DNA from: Rhina ancylostomus
Taxonomy: Eukaryota
DNA: 63,927 nucleotides
Assembly (NCBI GenBank): GCA_030265395.1
Contig: JARFYF010000036.1
Location: forward strand, 33,422,546 to 33,486,472
Direction of reading: 5' to 3'
The translations under genes were made by a program, and so were the position numbers. Positions 26,578 to 39,669 of this stretch are shown here, piece after piece. The stretch's first letter is position 1, and each line of letters begins with the position of its first letter. The notes under the pieces were generated by a model, which worked only from the letters and a program-made list of their open reading frames with translations, searched no databases and was not told where the DNA came from.

Positions 26578-26860
26578 TGATGGGATGTGGGCATCAGTAG
26601 AAAGCCTGGTGTCTAATGGATATCCCCAGCTGGCCTTGAACTGAGTAGATTTCTGGTTCAATCAACTAATTACCTGGAGTCTGTCAATCTGACATCACAG
26701 ACCAGATTGGGTGAAGATGCAGATATCTTTTCCCAAACTCCAATTTAGTTTCCCAGACAATCTCGATCACAACTGCTGATGCTTGATTTGATTCCAGCAT
26801 TATTTCAATGAATTAATTATTTGCTTTGATAGGATTTAAGCTCACTTATTAGGTTTTGTA
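26578..26860 (-). mobile_element. Meta-domain-type SINE
   Basis: gggatgtgggcatc..ccttgaactgagt..cagaccagattgggtgaagatgcagat. Confidence 0.5.
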
Positions 26861-26877
26861 AACCCTATGCAGCTCTG

Positions 26878-27712
26878 TGGTGTGGCTGAGAGGTGCAGTG
26901 GCTAGTTGCCTTGTGGTTTCAGTGACCTGAAAGTTCAGCTCTGATCTCCAGAACTGTCCATGTGGAGGTTATGAGAATGTTTATGAGAATGATCCCGGGT
27001 ATGAAAGGATTAACATGTGTGGAGCATTTGATGGCTCTGGGCCTGTACTCATTGGAGTTTAGAAGGATGAGGCGGATCTTATTGAAACCTACTGAACATT
27101 GAAAGGGCTGGATAGAGTGGATATGGACAGGATGTTTCCAGTAGTGGAGAGTCTAGAACCAGAGGGCACAGCCTCAGAATAGAAGGACATCTCCTTAGGG
27201 AAGAGATCAGGAGGAACTTCTTTAGCCTGAGGGTGGTGAATTTGTGGCATTCATTGCCACAGATGGCTGTGGATGCCAAGTCATAGGGTATATTTAAAGC
27301 ACAGGTTGATAGGTTCTTGATTAGNNNNNNNNNNNNNNNNNNNNNNNNNNNNNNNNNNNNNNNNNNNNNNNNNNNNNNNNNNNNNGCCATGATCGAATGG
27401 CAGAGCAGACTTGATGGGCTGAATGGCTAAATTCTGCTCCTATGTCTTATAGCCTTATGTTCTACACATTCTCCCTGGTGTTGGTTTCTCTTGGCCGTCT
27501 GGTTTCCTGCCACATCCCAAAGATATGCTGGGCTACTGTAAGTTGCCCCTCATGTAGACGGGTATCAGGAGAATCAGGGAGAGCTGATGGACATGTGACG
27601 GATGATAGGTTACAGGGAAATGTGAGGGGGAATGGGACTGCAATTGGTCTGAGATGTAGCATAGACTTGATGGGCCAAATAGCCTCCTCTTGTATCGTAA
27701 CTAAATGCGAGA
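26878..27712 (+). mobile_element. V-domain SINE split by a CR1 insertion (26971-27459)
   Basis: SINE reads tgtccatgtggaggtt | cacattctccctg across a CR1 3' end ending tatgtcttatagccttatg. Confidence 0.8.
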
Positions 27713-29193
27713 TATTCTAATGCCTGGAACACACTGTCAGGGGTAGTAGTGGAAGCAGACATCATAGTGGTGTTCAAGAGGCCTTTAGACAGGCACACGA
27801 ATGTGCAGGGAATGGATGGAAATGCTCTTGAATAAGAGAAAGGAGTTCTTTTGAAATTATCCGCAATGCATGCAGAAAAGTGATATTTTGATTTTCCTTT
27901 TGCTGTCCACGATTCATGCTTATTATTGTCCTGGTGTGGGAATATATCGCTGCCAATTTCACTATTCCATATTTTTTCTGGGGGATTAAAGTGAGCTGTG
28001 CTACACACATACTTCTGTAAACCAATTCTGACATTTCCCATATTGTTAAAAGAACAGGATGCCACCTTGTATATTAAAGTTAATGAGAAAGTTTGGATAT
28101 TTTTATATATTTTCTGATCTTGCTTTAAATGAATGGGAATAAGAAGTGATTGTAATGCTTTAATTTAAAACACCGCTATTTTAAACTTCATTACACAAGC
28201 ATTTGCATTTTTACTTCATATATGGAGAGTACATCTTATGCATGGCTGAGAAACACACTTGGGTACGTAGTTTCATTTCCCATTTATTCACTGTCATTGA
28301 CTTATTTAGGTCCATAATGGTGATAATTTATTACTGAGCACTCCCTGCATGGAGTAAATAAGGGCTGTCTTTTGTAAATTCCCAGAGCAGTTTAAAAAAA
28401 TGTGAAAATGGAATCTATATTTACATTTACTGCACTTGTACATGCCGCATGCACATGCACCTGATAAATTATACAGCAAATCTTTTAAAAAGAAAAATCT
28501 GTCAGATAAAGAGGGATAATGATGGATATACTTGTGCATATTTGTGTTATGATAATGACTATATATAGCTGATCGCATTGTCTTGCTTTGGTGGGACACA
28601 TTGGTAGTGCCAACTTTTTAAGAAAGATTGAACAACATATCTGGTTTGGAGCAATTAAAATTGTTTCTAGATATAAATCCCAAGGGATTTATATTTCCTG
28701 TCAACTTAAGTCATCTAAAATGGCCCTTTTTTTGGGCTTCAAGTATTTATATTTCTGCTACTGTTTAAGGGAATTGTCATGTCTACATTGTGACCCACTG
28801 GTCCGGATTTTGCAATGGCATTCATAGTGAAACTATCGGTGTTTGCTATTGGTACAACTGAAATTAATGGAGACTTTGGGGTGTTCATGCATGTGCAGTG
28901 TATTGCAGAAACCCACAAGCTGCTTTTGGTGATCCAGTGTGCCCGAACAGGCTTTGCTGTTTGGCTCTACAGCAATCAAGTTGAAGTCGATGAGAATTTT
29001 GTGTAATTACAAAATAGCTTGGCAATTATGTACCCTGCAGTTGATAGTAGTGGGATATTCAAGACTTTAGGGCTTCTTAAAAGCACAGCCTCACGTCCTG
29101 AGCATTATGCATGTGCAGGATTATGTTAGTGCAATTCATTCTCATCTTTTGGCAAGTTAACAGTTAGTGAGCAGTCTCTTCTGCTGTACTTAC

Positions 29194-29361
29194 AATTTCT
29201 GCAGCTGCACCACTATGCAAAGGATTCTGTGCTACTCTGTCCTGGGGTGTCACTGGAGGAGCCGTTCTTCCTCTGCAGGTGTACAGACATTATGGTTGAA
29301 GGAGATCATTGCCAGCTGCTTCTGGCCATTTTCCTTACTGGTCAATGGCCTCAAACATTAG
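29194..29361 (-). other. Candidate non-coding exon (168 nt)
   Basis: Minus strand atttctcctccttctttag| ... ATT|gtaagt; stops in all three frames. Confidence 0.35.
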
Positions 29362-29769
29362 CTAAAGAAGGAGGAGAAATCTGTAATTACTGTTCCTTTA
29401 AAACAAGGGGAAGTCATCTATATTGAATTCCATTCCCCACTTCTTAATTCTAGTTGACACTTTTGAAGAGTTTATTAGCAAAAATATGTGGGAAAAGAAG
29501 GAACAGTGGGAACAAGGAGGAAGTGGAGAGGTTCAGTGCACAGCTTGAAATTAGCAGGTAGTTTTATATAATCTCAATTTTATGTTGGTTTTCAAATGGT
29601 TGGGTGGTGGCTGTTGGTGACTGCAGTTAAAAGCATCACTTAAATATTAGAATAAATTAGAACTGGCTGTAGTTTGCTGAAGGAATGTCACGTGTTCATG
29701 CAACCTCTTTTGGTCAGGAGACCAAGGCTCCGGTTTATTTGTTGACAGCAAGTGCATGCTTGAGAGAAA

Positions 29770-30100
29770 CAAAGCATTATATTTGTATATCGCCTTTCAC
29801 ATCTCTTTCAGTGCAAACTATGACACTTCTCATCAGTAGGATCTTTCTGAAGTACCGTTATAACATTGGAAATACATCAGACCATTTGTGCACAGCAAGC
29901 TCCCACAGTAGAAATGTTTTTGTGATGTTGGTTGGGGGAAAAGTATTGATCGAGATTGATATTCTCTCCTAAGTAGTAGCATGAGTTCACCCAAAAGAAC
30001 GAAAGGGATCGTGTTTTAACATCTCACCCAAAAGGTGGTACTTCTGACACTATAGAACTCCTGGCATTTTATACTGAAATGTCAGTTTCAATATTTATAT
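29770..30100 (-). mobile_element. DeuSINE
   Basis: tatatcgcctttcac tail, tttgtgcacagcaagctcccaca Deu core, gatgttggttg. Confidence 0.75.
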
Positions 30101-30859
30101 TGATTTTTATGCTTTTTTGAACTGTGAATTTGGATTTTGTGCATGAATGTTTCAGAAGATTTGTTTCTCAGTTCACTGTTAGTTTAGTTACACAAAGACA
30201 TTATTTTGCAATTTCTGAATGCTGAATGTGAAGTTTGAACCTCTGTTATTCAATGCAAAAGCATTTACTTGGGACACATTTGTGACAACTGAAAATATCT
30301 GTTGGGCACGGAGACCTTGAGTGGTATCTAGCTACAAGAAGCTTTGTGAGACATGTTGAAGCATTTCAGATGCCTCAAGGAGGGGGGGAGTGGATGAGTC
30401 TAACCAACATCTCCTGTGATGAATCTTGTACTTTCTTGTGGGGTTCAAATAATAATGCACAACTTTGTCATCCAAAGCATCACAACTACTGAGCGACTAG
30501 AGATGGTGGATACCTAACTGTAGGGAGGACACACAAATGTAGGACAGTTATCATTGTGGGCTGATCAAGCCAAACTTTTACATTTCTTTTACAACTTTCC
30601 TTTGTAAATACACATGCAATCTAATGGATCCATTGTCCTTTGTACCAGCTTCCTCTATCTGAAGGTATGAATATTTTACCATGGATCTAATTTCTGTTGG
30701 CCGTAGATTTTACCCAAAATTGAAACAAACCAACCTCAAGAAATAGGCTTAATCGACCAAATTTTATGTCCTTAAATGAGTTGTAAATTTTTTTAAAAAT
30801 TCCCACATCTACCTGATAGCTATGTCCTCTGCGGTCTAAAAATTATCCTTCTGTTTGTA

Positions 30860-31190
30860 TTTGTTCGGGGGACATGAATATCAGCATTTATTGTTCATCC
30901 CTTGTTGTGCTTGAACCAAAGAGGTAGTGAAGCGTCATCCACATTGGTGTATCTGGTGTCAGATGTAGGTCAGATTGGGTAAGGATTGCAGATTTCCTTC
31001 CCTGAAGACCAGATCGGTTTTAAGGTGATCCAGTAGTTCCATGGTTACTGTTACTGTGACTAGAATTTCTTTGCAAATCACAGATTTCATTTCCTTGCTG
31101 CCATATGGGGATTCAAACTCAAGTCTTGTGATGAATGGTCCAGACCCTGGCTGCTAGTCAAGTAACTTTATCACTATGCCACTAGTACCC
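30860..31190 (-). mobile_element. Meta-domain-type SINE
   Basis: gggtaaggattgcagatttccttccctgaag core; ggattcaaactc B box. Confidence 0.7.
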
Positions 31191-32037
31191 ATACTTTCTG
31201 GTTGTTTTCCTATCTGTCTGTGTTGCCCATTCCACTAGTTGCCCCAGACAATGAACCTTGGCATCTACCATAACCCTGGGATACCAGATCCAACCCACAC
31301 CTACTGCTAGTGAAATGGATTGGCAAATGGATCTGGATGTATTGTTCTCCTGAGAGGACAAACCTTCACATTAACCATACCTCTGTTGCTGGACAATTCT
31401 GTTTATTGGCATCTCAATGAAAATTCTGATTCCAATGAGATCAGTACATCCTGTTCTTCAGATTTTCTTATCCAAATCCCAATCTGTCAATTTCAGGATG
31501 GCTGTTGCTTACATAATTTACTTTTAGAATTTATTCAGCTTGAAGCTTAGGGTTGCACCTGCATTGCTTTCTAATGGAAAGACAACTCTCAGTACACATA
31601 ACCTATATCAGATATGTGGTGATTCGAAGATTGTCAATTACAGCAGTTGAGTCTGCATCCCTCACTAAATTCAATGGGCTGAGGCTGCTGATTAGACAAG
31701 GTAGACCAGGGTTGTGAAACTGTAAGATTTTACAACCAGTGTGTTTTGTAAGCTAAAGGAATTGATTTTGTAATAGGAATGATGTGTTTAATGTTGTGTA
31801 GCACAAGTACAGTTAGTGGGATTTTGCAACACTAAAATAGATCCTGCTCCTCAGATGGAGAGACAGAGAGGGAGAAAGAATATGACTTAGACTGCAACAC
31901 TTTCCTGTCAAAGGAAATTTAGCCAGTGTTTTGGTCATTTTGTGTCTTCCTGAAGTATGTTCACATGTTGTTTTACTCTTCTGTGAGAAGTTGCTCAAAT
32001 TCAAACCAATCACTTTCTGCTATAAATTCATCAGTGT

Positions 32038-33065
32038 AACAACAGCAGCTCCCACTTGTTTACTGCCTTTAGCATAAACATGCCAATGGTCTCCATGGAA
32101 GTGTTATCAACAAAAATTTGACACTGAGCCAGAGAAAGAGATATTAGTGCAGATGATGAGAACCTCCATCAAAGAGGTAGGTTTTAAGAAACACTTTGAA
32201 TGAAGGTGTGGAGAAGTAGAGTAGCTTAGCAAGGGAATTCCAGAGGTCAAGGCCAAGGAAGATGATCAATAGTAAACTGAGTTTGGGGCAGGTATCTTAG
32301 AGGGTTATGGGGCTGAAGGAAATTACAGAGGTAGGCAGGAGTAATTTTATGGAGGATTTTAAAAAAATACAAGGATGACAATTTCTGAAAGTGAGGCATT
32401 GGCTAATTGTGAGCTGGCATCTGTCAGCAGGCACAAGGGTGATGGGTGAAGGGGAACTTGGACATGTAGCAGGATTTGGAAAGGAGAATGAGGAAGAGTA
32501 GCCAGGACATTGGAAGAGTAATAACTGGAGATAACAAAGGCAGAGATGAGGGCTTAAGCAACAGCTGAGCTGAGGCAGGGGCAGATTTAGGTGGTGTCAT
32601 GGAGGTAAAAATGAGTATTCTATGTAAAAGCTTGGACTTGAGATCAGAAGCTAACCAAGGCCACGGGCAGTCTAGTCAAGTTTCAGGTCATTGCTTGAGT
32701 AGTGTAAATGGTGGCTGGGGAATTGAATCTGTGACTATGTCCAAAGATTGGAGAAAATTTCTGTCCATTCAGAATGGGTCATGAGACAAGTAATCTGACA
32801 ATATCGAGATGGTGGTGGGGTTAAGTGAGGTGGCGGTGAGGTACAACTGGACATCATAAGCGTACATGTGGAAATTATGTTGTATTTGCTGATGATGGTG
32901 TCCATGGATAGACAGTAAATTAGAATCAGGGACCAACCCCTGTGGGATATCAATGCACAGGAGGTGACACAATTGCTATGATTCTGTGGCTATGACTGAA
33001 TGAAGCAGTGGGTGGTATTCTGCCCAGCTGAACAGTGGTGAGGAGACACTGGACGGGGACAGTTA
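32038..33065 (-). mobile_element. L2 LINE 3' region
   Basis: NFHMYAYDVQLYL (YADD relic); aaatttgacactgagcca..caaagaggtaggttttaag tail. Confidence 0.85.
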
Positions 33066-34196
33066 GCCATGCCAAATATTAAATATTGAACCGGTGCTCT
33101 ACTTTTGGAGTCTGTCTTCCACTTGGGTTTGTTGAGTCACTGCTGTATTGCAGTTTGCTTCACCATGTTTGGGACTTCAATGCTGTGCTCCATCAGACTT
33201 GTTATGGAGGTTCTCATGCCTTACAGCAGAGCCCCACAGAGAAATCACTTCAAGGAAAGCCTTAGCAGTCTTTATCAAGATCATTCCTTTTTTGAATTGT
33301 TTTTGTAACACTGGAGGATGTCTTTGGCAAATACCTTTTGAAAAGTTAATTTATGGCTAACGTCTAACTCAGGGCTGCCTCCGTGACATGACGTTTCATT
33401 ACGTGACTTTGGATTATAATCTCTCCCTCCTTTTGAGTGCAATCAATGGGGTTTCTCTTGGCTGCAGAGGTGTTGGTAAATGCAGAGCCTTTGAGCTTGA
33501 CTTAAAAAAAATCTCTAGAAGAGAGATCCCACAATTACTTCATTTATAAATAGCAAATACCCTTCAATAACCAATAACTTCACACAAATCATTCCCAATG
33601 TACTACTTATCCATAATAAAGGTTTGGTGGGGGATATTGAAAGAATGATCCACATTTTGAACTNNNNNNNNNNTTGCTCACCAGATCATGAATGTGGATG
33701 GTATTGCAAAACTAACTATTATTTGACTACCTCTAGAAATAAATGCCACAGTCTTCACAAAGGACTTGCACCTTTCACAAAATCATCGAACTTTACAGCA
33801 TTGATGGAGGCCAGATAGCCATCATGCCATAAATGCTTTTCAGATCATCCCACTTCCCAGCTCCCAGCTCCCTACTAGTCTGGTAGGTAATAACACATCA
33901 AGTGTTTACCCATGTATATTTAATTGTGATGAAGACTTCTACCTCCAGTTCCCTTGAAGGCAGTGAATTCCAGATACCTCTCACTCATTGGGAAAAAGTA
34001 TTTCTCACCATTCCTCTATGCTTTTGAAAAAGGATGTTGATATAAATGAAGAGATTTAAATAAGTTGTTTTCCTATTTTAGTTGTCATATGGGTGAATGG
34101 ATCTCATGTGCTTTATACCTTGTGAAGAGTTTACATTAAGCCAATAGCACTAGCTTTTAATAATATATCATCTTTGATGCAGCATTAATCAGTCAG

Positions 34197-34337
34197 CAGT
34201 CCAGATGAAGGGACATGACCCAAAATATCAACTGTCCATTTCCCTCTCTATGTAGGTGCTTCCTGACTTGCTGAGTTCCTCCAGAGGTTTGTTTTTTTGC
34301 TCCAGATTTCAGCATCTGCAGTCACTTATGTCTTCAC
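34197..34337 (+). mobile_element. Solo hammerhead-bearing Penelope-type unit with 11-bp TSD
   Basis: TAATCAGTCAG at 34186-34196 and 34338-34348; unit starts CAGTC-CAGATGA-AGGGAC-AT-GACCC-AAAATATC-AACTG. Confidence 0.8.
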
Positions 34338-34374
34338 TAATCAGTCAGAAATTGACTAGTCATGAAAATCAAAA

Positions 34375-34490
34375 TAAGCTGCAGATTTTGAAAATCTGAA
34401 AAACCAACAGAAAACGCTGGAAAATTCATCTGGTCAGACAGCACCTGTGGAAAGAGAAACAGTTAATGTTTCAGTTCCAGGACCCCTAGT
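34375..34490 (-). mobile_element. Penelope-type terminal unit
   Basis: aacagaaaacgctggaaa..gcacctgtggaaagagaaacagttaatgtttcag. Confidence 0.7.
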
Positions 34491-36859
34491 TCAGGTGACA
34501 GAAGCTTGTGAGGTTTAAAGAGTTTTAAAGGAGCAGACAGAAGTGGAGAGGTTTAGGCATATAATCCCAGGGGAAAGGAAATGGGCAGTACCCAACAGAC
34601 TAGAGTTAGGGGGATCTTAACACAAGGGTGAGAATTTTAAATTCAAGGCATTGGGAGACTGGAACCGATGTCAGTCACTCTGAATACTTTCATACAAGTC
34701 ACAGACAATTAAAAAGACATTAATTTTCATATTACAGACACTTTAGCAATGTGACTACATCATTATAGTTTATATAATGTGATTCTAATACTTTGCAAAG
34801 GTAGCTGCAGGCAAAATATTTCAATGCAGACCCTACATATGAAATGAGATGTAGTTACTGTTGTTTCTGAAATTAATGGTGCATTTTTAGTTGAGCAATT
34901 TAATTTAATGATGCAATTCATCCAATAAAGACAACATTATAGAGAATATGTACAGGCACAATGATGTTACCTTTGTTCTGGATAATGCTCCTGATGTTGG
35001 TGACTCTTTATTTTATCCCCAAGTGCTTGTGTGTTTATTAAATGAAGGTTTAAAAAAATGAGTTTTACAAACAAATTATTCATAAGTACAATCACTGGCT
35101 ACAGAACAGCAGAGCTTAATGTTCTATTTAATCAATGATTTTGGTTAAATTTGTTTTCTTATATTCTGTACAATATTTTTGTAAATTGAATTTGTTTGCT
35201 TCTTCCCCTCTCAATCTCCTGATTTTTCATTTTGATATCTCATCTTGTTTGACTTCTTTGAGCCTTTCTCCTTTCTCTCTGCATTCACACTAAAAATAAG
35301 TCGCTTATGTGTGCCAGTGTGTTGATGACTTGTTGTGCTTCCATCCTTATGGTTGTCTCTGTTTAACTGAATATCGGGAGATGAACAAAGTGGACAGCTG
35401 ATGCTTTAGCTCTCGCACCTAGTCTTTGACACAGGACCACAGATATCTATAAAATAATAGGAAAAATCTAAAATCAATTGCATTGCTTTTTTTTCATCCC
35501 TGTTTCAAATATTCTTTGAAGATTTCATTGACAAGTTTAAAGGAACCATGCTCTTTTCTGAAATTTATAAACTACATTCTCCAGAACAAATAAAATTAAG
35601 TTGGAACACAGATTATTCAACAATAGAGCAGAGCAAGGCCATTCAATCCATCTTACTGGCACTAGCTCTCTTTGGTTAGATCCATGTGCTTTCTCCTCCC
35701 TCCCCCANNNNNNNNNNNNNNNNNNCATCCAGTCTCCTTTTAGAAAGTTCCAGTTGGATCTCCATACACCGTCCTTTCAAGAAGTGCTTTCAAGATTGTC
35801 ACATGCAAAGTTATGCAGGTAGTTTCCATTATGGGTGTGAGCATAATAGTTCCTAATAGTGAGAAAAGAAAATCATGACAAAAAAATAAATAGCACTTTA
35901 GGTTTTGTTCAAATTTGCATTGACGTGTTTCAAACAATGTCATGAAAGATTGTTATTAAGTCAGATATCACACTTCTGGGATCACACTTCAGAGAACCAA
36001 GAGAGTTTAAAAAAGGAAAGGTAGACACACTTCCTGCTGGTTCTTGTCTTAGGAAGCAGCCAGGGGTTTAAAAGCAGCTGCAAGCTACTGAGAAACAATT
36101 ATCCTCTGACCTCAATAAATGCTTAGCTAGTAACCTAAGTATGTGCCCATTTACAGCAATTAGAAACAGGACAGAGTAGATCACACACAGTTCTAGCAGA
36201 AAAATAAGACTATCATATATTGTACTCCTGTCCTTACAAAGAAGCCTATTAGATGACTAAAACAACTAATGTTACTCAGGTGGGATATACGTAACTGTTA
36301 CTACCAATATTGTTATAGTTTAAAAAAGGAGCCTCTTCAGAAGGTGAGATTCTTACAACATAACATATTTATTTTATTCAATTTCAGAAGCTGTTGTCTT
36401 CACACAGACTGTTTTTCTAATGGAATTTATTGAATGTCTCTTACAGTTTTGGAAATTAACTCAACATTCTCTCCAAACTACTCACATTTCTCTGTTAATG
36501 CTGGTTGTATAAACAGGAAGAGACAGGCTACTTGATATATTCCTGGAGATGTTTGGTGTGAGCCTTCTGAATTGGATGAATCAACGAGTGCAGATGTGCC
36601 CCAATTATAGGAGCATTGCCTTCACATAAAGCTCGAGAATGGTGATTTAAAATGTGTGGAAATTCTATTAATGATTGAGGGAGAAATCATGTCCAACAGT
36701 TCTCTGTAATTCTGTTGTGTTAATCTGGCTTGTGCCTCTTCTTCTCTTCACTGTAAAGTTAGTTGTCTGTGATCTGACATTCACAGTACATTTTATAGAC
36801 CCTAGTTCTCCTCTCGTCTCTCTCTGTTGAACATGTATGACTGTCATTCAACTGTTCGG

Positions 36860-37115
36860 TCTTGGGCAGCATCCCAACTATTCCTTCTCAGATGGATGAT
36901 AAAACATCTCATTGCACCTTTCTGCATGTGAGTCCTTGAAGTGTCCAATGTCATATATACCCCTCAACCAGCATTACTTACACAGGTTATCTCGTCGTCG
37001 TCTCATTTTCCTTTGGGATACCTTGCTGTTGGCAAACTGGGTGTTGGGTTTCATATAATTCTAACGCACTGTGTAAAGACTTCATTAATCATAAAACACC
37101 ACGAAGTACACTACC
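36860..37115 (+). mobile_element. DeuSINE fragment
   Basis: ctcagatggatg..ccctcaacca..ccttgctgttggcaaactgg. Confidence 0.6.
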
Positions 37116-37599
37116 GAATCTCAAGATTAATTTCTTTTAATATTCTTCCTTCCTGTTCTCTAAACAAGTAGCAAGAAGAACATCCCTCATTGATAGCCTG
37201 AAACATAACAGTATTCTACTCTGCTCCAGAGTTATTCTGTTGAGTCAATGGAAAGAGTTTTGGAGGTTGAGAGGAAGTTACCAAGCAGTGCATTTAGAGC
37301 TTGTAATGGGAGGTGAATTTCTAAACCAGGTCTCTTTCTGGATGATTCTACTTCAATCCAAGATGCTACTTCACCATAGAGGTCACCCTCCATTATCACT
37401 TTTCTTAATATTCAAGACGAGGTATGGCTGGGAAGTCTCTTTGTTACAATCACTGATTTTTAACTCCAGATTTATTTGATTACATAAATTCCCAAGCTGC
37501 TTTGGTGGAATTTGATCCCATGTCTCCAAATTATTAGTCCAGGTGCAATTTCATAATCAACCATTCCAGTCTTATATCCCACATTTCTAGGATTCTAGG

Positions 37600-37872
37600 A
37601 TCCTCTCTCTCTTGGTCTTTCAGATTTCTTTCAACTCTTCCTGTTAACGGCTGCCTCAGAAATGCCTTTACCACCGTGTTACAGCCAGTGCCACCAGCAT
37701 GGTCTCCATCCTACCATAGATCTCCTCTATTGTTCTGTCCAGCTTCCCCCACTTTCTCTGCAACTTGAAACTTGTTTTATTTCTGAATTTTTCCAGTTCT
37801 GATGATATTAGCTCTAATTCTCTCACCACTGATGCTGCTTGACCTGCGGAGTAGTTCCAGCATTGTCTGTTG
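37600..37872 (+). mobile_element. Penelope-type pyrimidine-rich 3' region + terminal unit (stem II deleted)
   Basis: ttccagttctgatga..gatgctgcttgacctgcggagta.ttccagcatt. Confidence 0.6.
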
Positions 37873-39669
37873 ATATTCAATAAGTTCAGAAGCATTACCA
37901 CTGTGCAGACTGGGAACTCACACCTGAGATTGTTCAAGTCTGGATCCCTGAATAATGGTCAGGAGGAAGGATTTTGTTCACTTCGATCAATTTTAAAGTT
38001 ACAGTCAATGTTGCCATTTAACTCCGGAACTGATAGTTACATCTTCATCATTATGCCTTTCAATGAGTTCCCCTCAATGAGCAATTAGATATTTGTAATC
38101 TTGTGTGCAGCCTGCTTTCTGAAATCCTGCTACACACTGCATCTCTCGACTTGAATCATCACTCCCCTATGACTTATTTTGTGCAGGCACTGCTAAATTA
38201 TTCTACTTCCTTAACATATTTTAAATTTTAATTCTCAATTTCAAATATTCAAGCTATTAAATTCTAGGTGTGGAAACATTAGGTAGAATTTCCTCCAAGC
38301 CTTCCATGTAACCCACAGGCAAAACTTCATTCCCGCTCAGATTTTACCCAAGGGATAAATATTAACGCACATTCACACTTCCAGNNNNNNNNNNNNNNNN
38401 NNNNNNNNNNNNNNNNNNNNNNNNNNNNNNNNNNNNNNAAATCAATTTTTCTTTTCATGAACTAAATTCGGATGGAAAAATGTTGATGAATAATCATTCT
38501 CTGAGAATTTTGCTCTTGTCCAGCCTGTGGCTTTCCTTCGTTGTATTCTTTCCTTGCCTGTCAGTACATATCATCCTGCAATATTGTTTAGTTTGTAAAT
38601 GAAATGAAATCAAGAAGAATGGGACAATGTGGCTCTGCTTATGTTTTCGTTTTGACTTTAATAGCGAGAGACTAGACCCTTCGACTGGTTTGAAAAATGA
38701 CCAGGAGGGCTTCTCTTTGTAAATTAAATTGGTGTCTTTTATCAGGGAAAGGATTCAGCAGCCACTGTGCTTTAGAGACTTGCTTAAGAGTCAGGGATCG
38801 ATGGTGGATCTATGATTTTATAAATTTGTTGAGATCAAGTTTCCTCATACACACATTCAGGTTGTTTAAAACAAAATGAAGGAAGTAGTTAGAGCTTCTA
38901 ATGTTCTGAATTGAATTCTTGGTCGACTGTGAGTGGTTGGCAGGTTGCATGGTCAGCGTTATTCTGTGCTGAAATGTGCACTAAATGCTGGCACTCAAGT
39001 TATTTTTGCCTCAAATTAACAAGTGCCTGGAGCTGGCCCTTACATAATTGTTCCCATGTACAAAATAACATGTTTTTTTTCTTTCTTCTGACATGTTAAT
39101 CTGGTGATTCGATTCTTGACCATGGCATTTTAAAAGAATTGAATTTGTGAAAAAGATTAAAACAAATAAAGTCTTACAAAGGAAACACCACAATATCCTG
39201 TAAGGTAAATATTATTTTTGTTGAACGAGAAGCAGAATATTCAATCTGAATATATGAGGCATTTCTTAGTCTTTAAATTAAAAGAAGAACAGAAAACACT
39301 TTAAATTAATGTGATCTAGTTTGGGAATGGAAATAGTGGTCAGGGTGTTGGTTTTATTTGGCAGAAGGGTCATATTTCCGAACGTGCCTCTGAGCTATCC
39401 TTATCAGCTTGCTTTGCTTCTTTCAAATACAAGTCGGTTCATGTTTTAGAAGACTCTTCTGAATGGGCCTAATTTTGTAAACTTCTGATCTTAATACAAC
39501 ATTTTCAAGATGAATTTGAGCTAATGGACAAACATACAAATAGAGACTGACAAGAAAAGATTATTTATTGAATATAAATAGCTGAATCTAAATTTACTTG
39601 AAGAGATCTTTAATTGGATTCATTCACCCTGTAGATCATTTCAAGTTAGTTGGAGATTATTTAAAGTAT

